The position numbers were made by a program, and so were the translations under genes. A stretch of DNA of 53,226 nucleotides from Minisyncoccota bacterium (GTDB taxonomy: Bacteria > Patescibacteriota > Minisyncoccia > Phycocordibacterales > UBA9973), in the NCBI GenBank assembly GCA_017992255.1, contig JAGOPB010000001.1, positions 1-53,226 of the forward strand, given 5' to 3'. This document shows, piece by piece, positions 45,841 to 53,226 of the stretch. The number at the start of each line of letters is the position of its first letter. Within the stretch, counting starts at the first letter, position 1. The notes beneath the pieces are model-generated. The model searched no databases, was not told where the DNA came from, and worked only from the letters and a program-made list of their open reading frames with translations.

Positions 45841-46047
45841 TAACTAACCCTAAAACAATATGAAAATAAAATTTTTACGATAATATAAATGAAAAAAAGG
45901 GGGCCACTACACTTTAAAACCAATGGCAATGGCAAACTGTGACCCTCCTTTATGTACTATTATTGATATAATACACTATTTTGTGTCATTTGCAAGTACA
46001 AATACTATATACGAGTACCTCTTCTACGCAATTTCTTTTTGGTTGAT

Positions 46048-47559
46048 TTATGCTCGCAATTCTTCTATAAGTTCACCGAGTTCTTTGTGGCGTTCTGCTA
46101 TTGATTGGTTTTTTAATAGCCAAAAAACTTTATTATTAAAACCTTCTATAAATTCATAATCATGAGTTATCAAAAGTATAGTGCTTTTTGATTGATTACA
46201 AGCAGAAAGTAGTATTTCCCAGGTCACTTCATCGAGATGATTCGTAGGTTCATCGAGAATTATAAAATCAGGCGTACCTCCAAATACTAACGCAAAACGA
46301 ATACGCATACGCTCTCCACCCGAAAGATGCTCTATTGTCGTTTCCATTTTTTCACTTGAAAATTTCATCATACCGAGTATCGATCGAGCTTTATTGTCAT
46401 CACAAGCAAAATGCTCTATCACTACTTCCAGCGGAGTTTGTGATCCTTCAAACGATGCATGCTGATCAAAATAAGCACGCGTGACACCTTCACTCCACAC
46501 AACAGATCCATCTAAAGGAACGAGTGCTCCAACGAGCGATTTTATAAATGTCGATTTTCCTGATCCGTTTCTACCCAATACAACAATATGATTTCCCGTA
46601 CGAATTGTGAGACTGATGTTTCGAAACAAATCTCCATGTGCATGAGGATATGCAAAACGAATTTTATCTACTTTACACAATAGTTTTCCATCATGAAATC
46701 CTTCACGAGATGTGCGTAGTTTTATCCGAGTTTTTACATCATCAGGACGAGATTCTGCTTTATGACTTTCTTTTAGGTCCTCGAGTTCTTTTTTTCGAGC
46801 ATGATATTGGGCAGTACCTTTTCCACGAAAAGCCTTTTGCCCCAAAATACTAATGATTCCCTCAAGTTCCTTTATTCGTTTACTTTCTCTATCATAAGAT
46901 TTTTGTTGACCAGCAATACGAGAAAGCCTGGATTCTATATACTCTTGGTACCCTCCTTCAGAAAGATACAATTTACCACCTGACACTTCTGCAACTTTTT
47001 CAGCAACAGCATCTACGAGCATGCGATCATGTGACACAAAGACGACCGCACCTTGATATTCGTCTAATAGTCGCATAAGTTCTAAACGCGAAACAATGTC
47101 AAGATGGTTCTCTGGTTCATCTAAAAGTAAAAAGTCTGGCTGTACGGCAAGACCTACAGCGAGCATGAGGATTTTTTGTTGACCACCTGAAAGTGATCCA
47201 CCAGTTCGAGATTTATATTTTTCAAGATCAAATCCCAATACTTGAGCAACAGTGAAAGTTTTTTTATACAATGTAAAACCAGCATATTTGGTCACATATT
47301 CTTCTACAGTCAGACTTTCGTCGTCACTATTGAATTCTTGAGGTACATACTGTGTTCTTACATAGCCGGTGGTATCGATATGTCCACTTGTCGGTACAAG
47401 AGTGCCTGTGATGAGCTTGAGAACCGTGGACTTTCCGGCTCCATTTTCTCCCACGATACATACTTTCTCACCCTCCGTACATTTAAAAGACAAATCTGAT
47501 AGTATGACTCGTTCAAAAAACGTTTGTTGTATATTTTTAAGAGATATTACTTTTTTCAT
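46048..47559 (-). CDS. ABC-F family ATPase (two NBDs, no TMD)
   Basis: 503 aa with Walker A GENGAGKST and GRNGSGKST, signatures LSGGQQ and LSGGER, and a charged inter-domain linker. Confidence 0.9.
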   Translation of the reverse strand: MKKVISLKNIQQTFFERVILSDLSFKCTEGEKVCIVGENGAGKSTVLKLITGTLVPTSGHIDTTGYVRTQYVPQEFNSDDESLTVEEYVTKYAGFTLYKKTFTVAQVLGFDLEKYKSRTGGSLSGGQQKILMLAVGLAVQPDFLLLDEPENHLDIVSRLELMRLLDEYQGAVVFVSHDRMLVDAVAEKVAEVSGGKLYLSEGGYQEYIESRLSRIAGQQKSYDRESKRIKELEGIISILGQKAFRGKGTAQYHARKKELEDLKESHKAESRPDDVKTRIKLRTSREGFHDGKLLCKVDKIRFAYPHAHGDLFRNISLTIRTGNHIVVLGRNGSGKSTFIKSLVGALVPLDGSVVWSEGVTRAYFDQHASFEGSQTPLEVVIEHFACDDNKARSILGMMKFSSEKMETTIEHLSGGERMRIRFALVFGGTPDFIILDEPTNHLDEVTWEILLSACNQSKSTILLITHDYEFIEGFNNKVFWLLKNQSIAERHKELGELIEELRA

Positions 47560-47594
47560 ACATTTATATCACACAAATAAAAGAGTACCTTATT

Positions 47595-47849
47595 TTAGTG
47601 AAATGACAAAGTTTTTATCAACGCAAGCTTTTCTGTGCGCGTAAAACGTTTTATCTCTGCCTCGCGAGCACGTGCAGTTGCATAGGTATCGCATTGTTCG
47701 CTATACGAGAGTACAACAGGCCGTCGTATCTTTGTATAGTGTGCACCATTTTTTGCATTATTGTGTTGTTGTATTCTTTTTTCCAGATTATTGGTCGATC
47801 CGACATACAGTGTCGTATCAGCACAGGTCAAGATATATACATAATACAT
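47595..47849 (-). CDS. GIY-YIG nuclease family protein (stand-alone URI domain)
   Basis: 84 aa containing YYVYILTC...LYVGSTNNLEKRIQQHN... Confidence 0.88.
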   Translation of the reverse strand: MYYVYILTCADTTLYVGSTNNLEKRIQQHNNAKNGAHYTKIRRPVVLSYSEQCDTYATARAREAEIKRFTRTEKLALIKTLSFH

Positions 47850-47883
47850 ATGCGTATTGTACCAAAAAATAGAGTGGAGGAAT

Positions 47884-47917
47884 AAAAAAATCTACTGGAA
47901 GTTGCCTTCCAGCAGAT
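47884..47917 (-). terminator. Rho-independent terminator just upstream of the GIY-YIG promoter
   Basis: 12-bp stem ATCTACTGGAAG/CTTCCAGCAGAT with one mismatch and loop TTGC. TTTTTTTATT follows on the minus strand. Confidence 0.6.
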
Positions 47918-48189
47918 ACTCTATTATGAACCGAAACTTTTTTCATGTATAATTTTATACTTTTTTTATTAACATTTCAAGCTTTTTTGTGGATAATGAA
48001 TATAGGGCGTATGTACCATGTATAGTTGATAATATAGAGAAAACATCGTTGTTTAAAAAAGCTATGAAAATATACAAAAAAATACTTTCAAAAAGGCGGT
48101 AGACTTTTTTGGATCACACTTTCAAATTGTGTAAAGGATTATCTTTTTAACACACACATAAGAGTGCACAAGGTGACCGACGACTATAT

Positions 48190-48414
48190 TTAGAAACGAT
48201 CTTTTTTTTCTTGGAGTATGTTGTTCATTATTCCTTTCCTATATTCACCTCTATACCAGAGTGGAGTACAATAGTTCTCTATGTTACGCGTGGTCAAAAT
48301 ATTTCTTTTATTGGATTGTACATCATACCCGACACAGCGTTTCCACCTCAAGTAAATAGTGCTTAGTTGGTTTATAGGCGGACAAAATTTCAAATGAGCA
48401 TCATATATCTTCAA
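48190..48414 (-). CDS. Hypothetical small ORF
   Basis: 74 codons, but the start is TTG and there is no early in-frame ATG. It lies between two minus-strand terminators. No family recognised. Confidence 0.2.
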   Translation of the reverse strand: MKIYDAHLKFCPPINQLSTIYLRWKRCVGYDVQSNKRNILTTRNIENYCTPLWYRGEYRKGIMNNILQEKKDRF

Positions 48415-48448
48415 AAATATCTCAGAGGATTTTTTATACTTAGAAGGT

Positions 48449-48546
48449 GTATTGTATATATATCATATCATTGCTGCAGATATCCCTCTCTATTGTCGAC
48501 AATACATAAAAACTCCTTCAGTTTGTATGTATTGTATATATATCAT
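48449..48546. repeat. 18-bp perfect direct repeat pair flanking a 14-bp palindrome
   Basis: GTATTGTATATATATCAT occurs at 48449-48466 and at 48529-48546. TATTGTCGACAATA lies at 48491-48504. Confidence 0.7.
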
Positions 48547-48584
48547 TCTATAACTCACTTTCTCCGACTCGTAATATAAAAAAC

Positions 48585-48611
48585 AAAAACCCCGATAGTA
48601 TCGGGGTTTTT
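48585..48611. terminator. Bidirectional rho-independent terminator
   Basis: AAAAA, then CCCCGATA-G-TATCGGGG (48590-48606), then TTTTT. Confidence 0.75.
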
Positions 48612-48621
48612 GTTGACAAGA

Positions 48622-48732
48622 CTATGCTTGTGCTGGAGCAGATGCATCAGTTGCTGGAGTTTCTACTGCTGGAGTTGGTGTTGTACCTTCAGCTCCTGTT
48701 GTTGCATCTGTATTTTGTGTTTCGTCTGACAT
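48622..48732 (-). CDS. 36-aa Thr/Pro/Ala-rich acidic micro-ORF
   Basis: Hand translation gives MSDETQNTDATTGAEGTTPTPAVETPATDASAPAQA. It has an ATG start and its stop is 15 nt from the terminator. The ORF track omits it as too short. Confidence 0.35.
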   Translation of the reverse strand: MSDETQNTDATTGAEGTTPTPAVETPATDASAPAQA

Positions 48733-48826
48733 AAGAGTTTAAATTATTACTACTAAAATGCGACTATTTTCACCATACACTATTTTTTTGATATGTCCAA
48801 ATTTTTTGCAACTTGTATTAGTATTT

Positions 48827-49522
48827 TTATACTTCTTCAAAGAGTAATTTTTTTATTTTTTCAATCAATGGTGCGCGTGCACTACCAGTAAAATTATGAT
48901 CTCCGTCCAAAGTAAAAACTGAAATTTCATCTGCTATGCCCTCAAGACTATGGTGTCCTAGTGTAGTATCGTCGTTTGCGTGAAATATAGTAATTTTTGT
49001 ATTGTGGGCCAAAGCAGTATACAAAGGTATCGGATGTGCCTGCGCTCTTTCTTTCCAGTATTCACTCGTTACATAGGTACTACTACCATCCGCCCGTGCA
49101 AGCTTGGACACACCATCGAGATTGATTTCTGTTTTTGAATTTTGTGAAAAGTAGCCTATCATTCGATCAATATTTGCATCGATCGAGGGAGCAATATATA
49201 CGACATTTCGAATTCCTTCTGGCAACAATATCGCAGGTGCAATGCAACCTTGTGAATGTGCAATGATATCGATTATAGTGTCTGGGTTTCTATCTTTCAC
49301 TTCTCTTATTTTTTGTTCCAGCATTTGTGCCTGCATGTGAAGCGGTATCGTCGTGATAGTATTTTCTTCTTCATCTATTTGATTATAATCAAACAATACA
49401 ACCTCACAATTCTCATTTTGAAAAGATTCTGCTATACCCTCTGGTCCAGAAAAAAGTCCTCTGTCATCCTTTTTGACGCCAAATCCATGTGAAAATATAA
49501 TCGTGTGTGCACGCTCTTGCAT
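48827..49522 (-). CDS. Alpha/beta hydrolase fold protein
   Basis: 231 aa with a nucleophile elbow IAHSQGC (GxSxG-like) and a C-terminal DGDHNF histidine context. Confidence 0.75.
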   Translation of the reverse strand: MQERAHTIIFSHGFGVKKDDRGLFSGPEGIAESFQNENCEVVLFDYNQIDEEENTITTIPLHMQAQMLEQKIREVKDRNPDTIIDIIAHSQGCIAPAILLPEGIRNVVYIAPSIDANIDRMIGYFSQNSKTEINLDGVSKLARADGSSTYVTSEYWKERAQAHPIPLYTALAHNTKITIFHANDDTTLGHHSLEGIADEISVFTLDGDHNFTGSARAPLIEKIKKLLFEEV

Positions 49523-49637
49523 TTCTGTAGTATATCACAGCCATGTACGCCAAATATAATCAACTTAACAAAGTATTTTCCGGTGTGTAGTATCTGACAA
49601 AAAAAAACTCATCGTCAAATTTTATTTTGAGATTATT

Positions 49638-50282
49638 TTAATATATCTCGGGGATAGTAAAACCACCGGAAGTATTTAGGATTGCCGAAATATCAACAAA
49701 GGTGACCGAAGTTGGCACAACAAATTTTGTTGAATCTACTATCCATGGGGAACAAGTATAGTTCACTTCTTGATCTAGACTGACTGAAGAATCTGTCTGT
49801 GTGTCTGCTTGTGACATTTCGGTTGTAGTCATAATCGCACCTTTTGTACCACTCCATACATGAAACGTGTCACCTTTTTTTATCATATGAGAATCAACTG
49901 TAGCCGAGTTAGATGTCGTAGACGAAAAGTCTCCTCGCATTGACGTACCAGAAATATACACTGTACCCGTACTGGACGTACCTTGTGCGTTACTAGAGAC
50001 ATCGCACTTCGTGTTTGCAGTAAAAGACAACAAACTTCGCAGAGAACCTATCTGTGCGTCTGTAGAGAGCTCTAGCTTCGTGTCGCTAGAGATAGTATCT
50101 GACGACTCATTATCTTGTTCACTGAGTTCGGTAGTATCTACTGTTGCTGTGTTTTGTATATCAATACCCGTATTTACTTTTGCTTTCTGTGAGTAGTACA
50201 CACCTCCACCTATGGCACCAATTACAGCTACAATAATAATAGCTACTATTATTCCAAAACCATTTTGTTTACTGTGTTTCAT
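49638..50282 (-). CDS. Hypothetical membrane-anchored, Ser/Thr-rich exported protein
   Basis: 214 aa with an N-terminal TM (GFGIIVAIIIVAVIGAIGGGVYY), a low-complexity S/T/D linker and a beta-rich C-terminal domain. Confidence 0.65.
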   Translation of the reverse strand: MKHSKQNGFGIIVAIIIVAVIGAIGGGVYYSQKAKVNTGIDIQNTATVDTTELSEQDNESSDTISSDTKLELSTDAQIGSLRSLLSFTANTKCDVSSNAQGTSSTGTVYISGTSMRGDFSSTTSNSATVDSHMIKKGDTFHVWSGTKGAIMTTTEMSQADTQTDSSVSLDQEVNYTCSPWIVDSTKFVVPTSVTFVDISAILNTSGGFTIPEIY

Positions 50283-50361
50283 ATACGTATTTTGCTAGTA
50301 CTAATATTTTTTAGTGTACCATATTTTTTAAAATACAGACATACACATTCAAGATATTTTC

Positions 50362-50390
50362 AAATACGCGCAAAGCTAGCGCGTATTTTT
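50362..50390. terminator. Hairpin terminator
   Basis: AAATACGCGC-aaagcta-GCGCGTATTT with a T-run on the plus side and TTTG on the minus side. It lies 16 nt downstream of the DUF45 gene stop. Confidence 0.6.
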
Positions 50391-50405
50391 TATACATATG
50401 TTTAC

Positions 50406-50801
50406 TCACACTCTGTATTTCTTCAAGTTTTTTCTGAGCATTGTATACTCTGGTATTGTTTCTCCGACGAGATCCCAAAAAGCTGGTGAGTGGTTGAATT
50501 CTTGCAAATGACACAGTTCGTGAACGACAATATAGTCTCTCAACTCGGGAGACAAACGCATAATACGAGAATTAAAATTCAGATTTCCTAGACTCGAACA
50601 ACTTCCCCACCGAGTTCTCTGATTTCTGATAAAGACTTTGTTGTATGAAAAGTTGTAAAAAGAATTCCAGTGATCAATCCTAGATTGTACATATTCTCTG
50701 GCGAGTTCTCTTTCTTGCACAGACACTCCACTCGTTTTTTTTCTTCGAGCAGATTTTTTTCTTGTAACACGAAATGAAAGTGGAGAAAAACCAAAAAGCA
50801 T
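50406..50801 (-). CDS. Minimal DUF45/YgjP-like (WLM-type) zinc metallopeptidase
   Basis: 131 aa. RTRWGSCSSLGNLNFNSRIMRLSPELRDYIVVHELCHLQEFNHSPAFW contains the HExxH motif plus the downstream NHS typical of DUF45. Confidence 0.8.
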   Translation of the reverse strand: MLFGFSPLSFRVTRKKSARRKKTSGVSVQERELAREYVQSRIDHWNSFYNFSYNKVFIRNQRTRWGSCSSLGNLNFNSRIMRLSPELRDYIVVHELCHLQEFNHSPAFWDLVGETIPEYTMLRKNLKKYRV

Positions 50802-50804
50802 GTA

Positions 50805-51053
50805 TTACATCCGTTGTGTTTCCAGTCTGATTCTTCCAACGAGTTCATCCAGTGGTGTAGCAGAGTCAAAATTTACATTCAAATCCAGTGCAATAGATTT
50901 CAATTTTTCTACAGCTTTTGGACCACCATCGTCTACTAGAGACTGCAAAAATGCAAAATCTGGCTCTCCGTGTTCATTGCGCCAATCATTTATTCTTTCG
51001 TTTACATTTTCATTATAATCATTATTCATATTTCTATTATACCACATTTCCAT
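50805..51053 (-). CDS. Hypothetical small acidic protein
   Basis: 82-aa ATG ORF. Its stop is 3 nt from the DUF45 start. No family recognised. Confidence 0.5.
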   Translation of the reverse strand: MEMWYNRNMNNDYNENVNERINDWRNEHGEPDFAFLQSLVDDGGPKAVEKLKSIALDLNVNFDSATPLDELVGRIRLETQRM

Positions 51054-51132
51054 ATAATGTGCTTTTTTTATTTCCGTGTTGTTTTAGAAAACTATTTTTC
51101 TATTTAATACAATTTCTGTTATACTAGAGATA

Positions 51133-52287
51133 ATGAAAAATAATATCATAGTAATTGCAGGTTTTGGGCTAGTGGTTCTAGCACTATATTTTTTTGTTTT
51201 GCCAAATATGTTTAGCACATCGTACACAAGTGGTGAACAAGAAAACACAGTCAAAGGACTTTCACGATTTGCACAAAACAAAGAAGAATCAATCGACACA
51301 CCTGCATATCCAAAACTCGACACAGTCGCGTACGATAAAAAAATAGAAGAAATTGCAAATAACCCAAAACCTGAAATAGTGTATGAAACTATTACTACTC
51401 AAAACGAACAAGGTGAACCGGTATCAACTCGTGTTCCTATGGATCCACAACCTGCACCACAACCCACCTTATGGCCCGTAAAGACAGTATACCCAAATGA
51501 TGGAGCATTATTACCATTCAACCGTATTGTTGCGTATTATGGCAATCTTTATTCTACAAAAATGGGAGTGCTAGGAGAATATCCCGAAGACGAGATGTTG
51601 GCAAAACTAGAAATAGAAGTGAAAAAATGGGAGGATGCGGACCCCACTACTCCAGTTGTTCCTGCTCTACACTACATAGCAGTTGTCGCCCAAGGAAGTG
51701 CTGGAAAAGACGGTAAATACAAATCTCGAATGCCGTTTACTGAAATAGACAAGGTACTAGCGATGGCAGAAAAAATACACGCATTGGTATTTCTCGATAT
51801 TCAGGTAGGATTTTCAAATGTAGAAACAGAGGTTCCCTTGCTAGAGACATACCTAAAACTTCCCAATGTTCACCTTGGTTTAGATCCAGAATTTTCAATG
51901 AAAAATGGAATAGTTCCCGGAAAAGTTGTCGGCACCTATGATGCTGTAGATATCAATTTTACAGCAAATTATTTAGCAAAACTTGTACAAGATAATGATC
52001 TACCTCCAAAGATTCTCGTTGTACATCGATATACTCAAAAAATGGTGACGAATTATCAAAACATCAAACCTTTACCAGAAGTACAGATAGTTATGGATAT
52101 GGACGGCTGGGGTGGCATGGCAAAAAAAACTGGCACCTACAATAGTGTCATTTATCGGGAGCCGGTACAGTTCACTGGATTCAAGCTATTCTACAAAAAT
52201 GATATTTTAGATACGACTTCTCACATGATGACACCTGCTGAAGTCTTGAAACTACGACCACAACCACTCTATATTCAGTATCAATAA
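51133..52287 (+). CDS. Hypothetical membrane-anchored protein
   Basis: 384 aa with an N-terminal TM and a conserved-looking globular domain (RIVAYYGN...LGLDPEF...LVVHRYTQKM...MDMDGWGG). No family confidently recalled. Confidence 0.7.
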   Translation: MKNNIIVIAGFGLVVLALYFFVLPNMFSTSYTSGEQENTVKGLSRFAQNKEESIDTPAYPKLDTVAYDKKIEEIANNPKPEIVYETITTQNEQGEPVSTRVPMDPQPAPQPTLWPVKTVYPNDGALLPFNRIVAYYGNLYSTKMGVLGEYPEDEMLAKLEIEVKKWEDADPTTPVVPALHYIAVVAQGSAGKDGKYKSRMPFTEIDKVLAMAEKIHALVFLDIQVGFSNVETEVPLLETYLKLPNVHLGLDPEFSMKNGIVPGKVVGTYDAVDINFTANYLAKLVQDNDLPPKILVVHRYTQKMVTNYQNIKPLPEVQIVMDMDGWGGMAKKTGTYNSVIYREPVQFTGFKLFYKNDILDTTSHMMTPAEVLKLRPQPLYIQYQ

Positions 52288-52341
52288 GCTAATGAGACTT
52301 ATGATGTATCAATAGCAAAAAAAACAAATTTTTTTGTCATA

Positions 52342-53226
52342 TTATTGAGAGCCAGCGACATATCCAGTCGACCAACACAACTGGAGAGAAAAACCACCAG
52401 AGGGTCGCTGTATGTGCAGCAAATCGCCGGTAATAAAAAGATTTTCTATTTTCTTTGAACGCATAGTTTTCATATCTATCTCCTCTAGCGGTACTCCACC
52501 GTCTGCAATAACCGCTCTATCAAAACCCATCAATCCGACAACTGAAATTGGCATTTCTTTCAACAAACGCACAATGCTTTTTCGTTGTTCTTTTGTAATC
52601 AGATTTACTTTTGTATATGTATCTATTTTTTGATCAAGCAAAAGAGTAACTCCTTTTGCGGTGCCTTCTTTTGCTATTTCCTTGATAATATTTTTCAATG
52701 TCTTATTTTTATTTTTATCAAAAATATCAATAATAGTTCTCTCCAGTTCTGCATTATCCATCTGTGGATACATGTCTACTTTCGCTGTGACGGTTCCTTG
52801 TTGCAACAAATCTGCCACTTTGACTGCATTGTTGAGAATGGTCGGACCAGAAAGCCCGAAATGAGTGCACAATATATTTCCTTGTACTTTGAATTGCTTT
52901 TTACCGTCTAGATAGAAAACGATAGATACTGCTGGCAATGTTACCCCAGCCAGACTTTTTATCCATGGATTGGAAACTTTCAAGGGGACAATGGTTGGTG
53001 TCGGTTTCATGACTCGGTGACCAAGTTTTTCTAGCCATAAAAAACCATCTCCCGTTGATCCGGTTTCTGGATGAGACATACAACCAGTAGCAAGCACGTA
53101 TTTCTTTGCCTTGTATTGTGTGTCTGTACACACGACTCCGACTATATTTTCTTTATCTACATTTATTTTTGTAACGGGTGACAAGCACACAACCGTCACA
53201 TTTCCTTGTGATAAATATTTTTCTAA
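52342..53226 (-). CDS. HI0933-like (aminoacetone oxidase family) FAD-dependent oxidoreductase, 5'-truncated by the window edge
   Basis: The C-terminal GGFSLQLCWSTGYVAG and FGLSGPTILN blocks are typical of the family. The reading frame stays open to position 53226. Confidence 0.8.
   Translation of the reverse strand, partial: LEKYLSQGNVTVVCLSPVTKINVDKENIVGVVCTDTQYKAKKYVLATGCMSHPETGSTGDGFLWLEKLGHRVMKPTPTIVPLKVSNPWIKSLAGVTLPAVSIVFYLDGKKQFKVQGNILCTHFGLSGPTILNNAVKVADLLQQGTVTAKVDMYPQMDNAELERTIIDIFDKNKNKTLKNIIKEIAKEGTAKGVTLLLDQKIDTYTKVNLITKEQRKSIVRLLKEMPISVVGLMGFDRAVIADGGVPLEEIDMKTMRSKKIENLFITGDLLHIQRPSGGFSLQLCWSTGYVAGSQ

Noticed and set aside
45923-46159. 78-codon plus-strand ORF overlapping the ABC-F 3' end.
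   Set aside because: It overlaps the convincing ABC-F CDS by more than 100 nt on the opposite strand and has no motifs.
48632-48674. Possible CRISPR-like or tandem repeat (GCTGGAG three times).
   Set aside because: The repeats are only 7 nt long with irregular 21 and 15 nt spacing, and no cas genes are present. They are better explained as coding-level T-P-A repetition. No CRISPR array was seen anywhere in the window.
1-53226. Alternative genetic code (UGA recoding, as in some candidate phyla).
   Set aside because: All housekeeping genes, including dnaK, typA, alaS, lysS, rpoA and the ribosomal proteins, are full length and uninterrupted under the standard code. There is no evidence for stop-codon reassignment.

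Overview
Gene-dense window with about 60 protein genes, nearly all on the minus strand, from a low-GC bacterium. The gene content points to a reduced genome. Short housekeeping proteins, many single-pass membrane or secreted orphans, and no visible Shine-Dalgarno sequences fit Patescibacteria/CPR; that assignment is inference, not a search result.

Recognisable content, left to right:
- dnaK and grpE chaperone locus.
- A contiguous infA-rpmJ-rpsM-rpsK-rpsD-rpoA-rplQ-rplM-rpsI block. rpmJ is absent from the ORF track and was found by hand.
- alaS, mgtC-like, mnmA, a DEDD exonuclease, mltG, typA, rseP, frr, a second DEDD exonuclease and rmuC.
- A lexA plus Y-family polymerase SOS cassette.
- One tRNA-Glu(CUC).
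- A dcw segment: mraZ-rsmH-ftsL-ftsI-murF.
- lysS, greA, mrdA, a SWIB-domain protein, an ABC-F ATPase, a GIY-YIG nuclease, an alpha/beta hydrolase, a minimal DUF45 metallopeptidase and a partial HI0933-type flavoprotein.

I saw no rRNA, CRISPR array, transposase, integrase or reverse transcriptase, and no clear-cut novel multi-gene system.

The best leads are:
1. A hairpin-dense segment fused to the 3' end of tRNA-Glu that is open on both strands.
2. A degenerate FtsA/PilM-like actin-fold protein paired with a large single-pass membrane protein.
3. A very AT-rich orphan gene with an Mrr-like PD-(D/E)xK motif next to a DEDD exonuclease.
4. Four phased GTGGG boxes upstream of mraZ.
5. A Cheo-type LexA box that argues for re-annotating the lexA start.
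6. A roughly 1 kb non-coding stretch (47850-48826) split by terminators into mini-units with small ORFs and repeats.

All family names come from motifs read in the supplied translations. Nothing was searched against a database.
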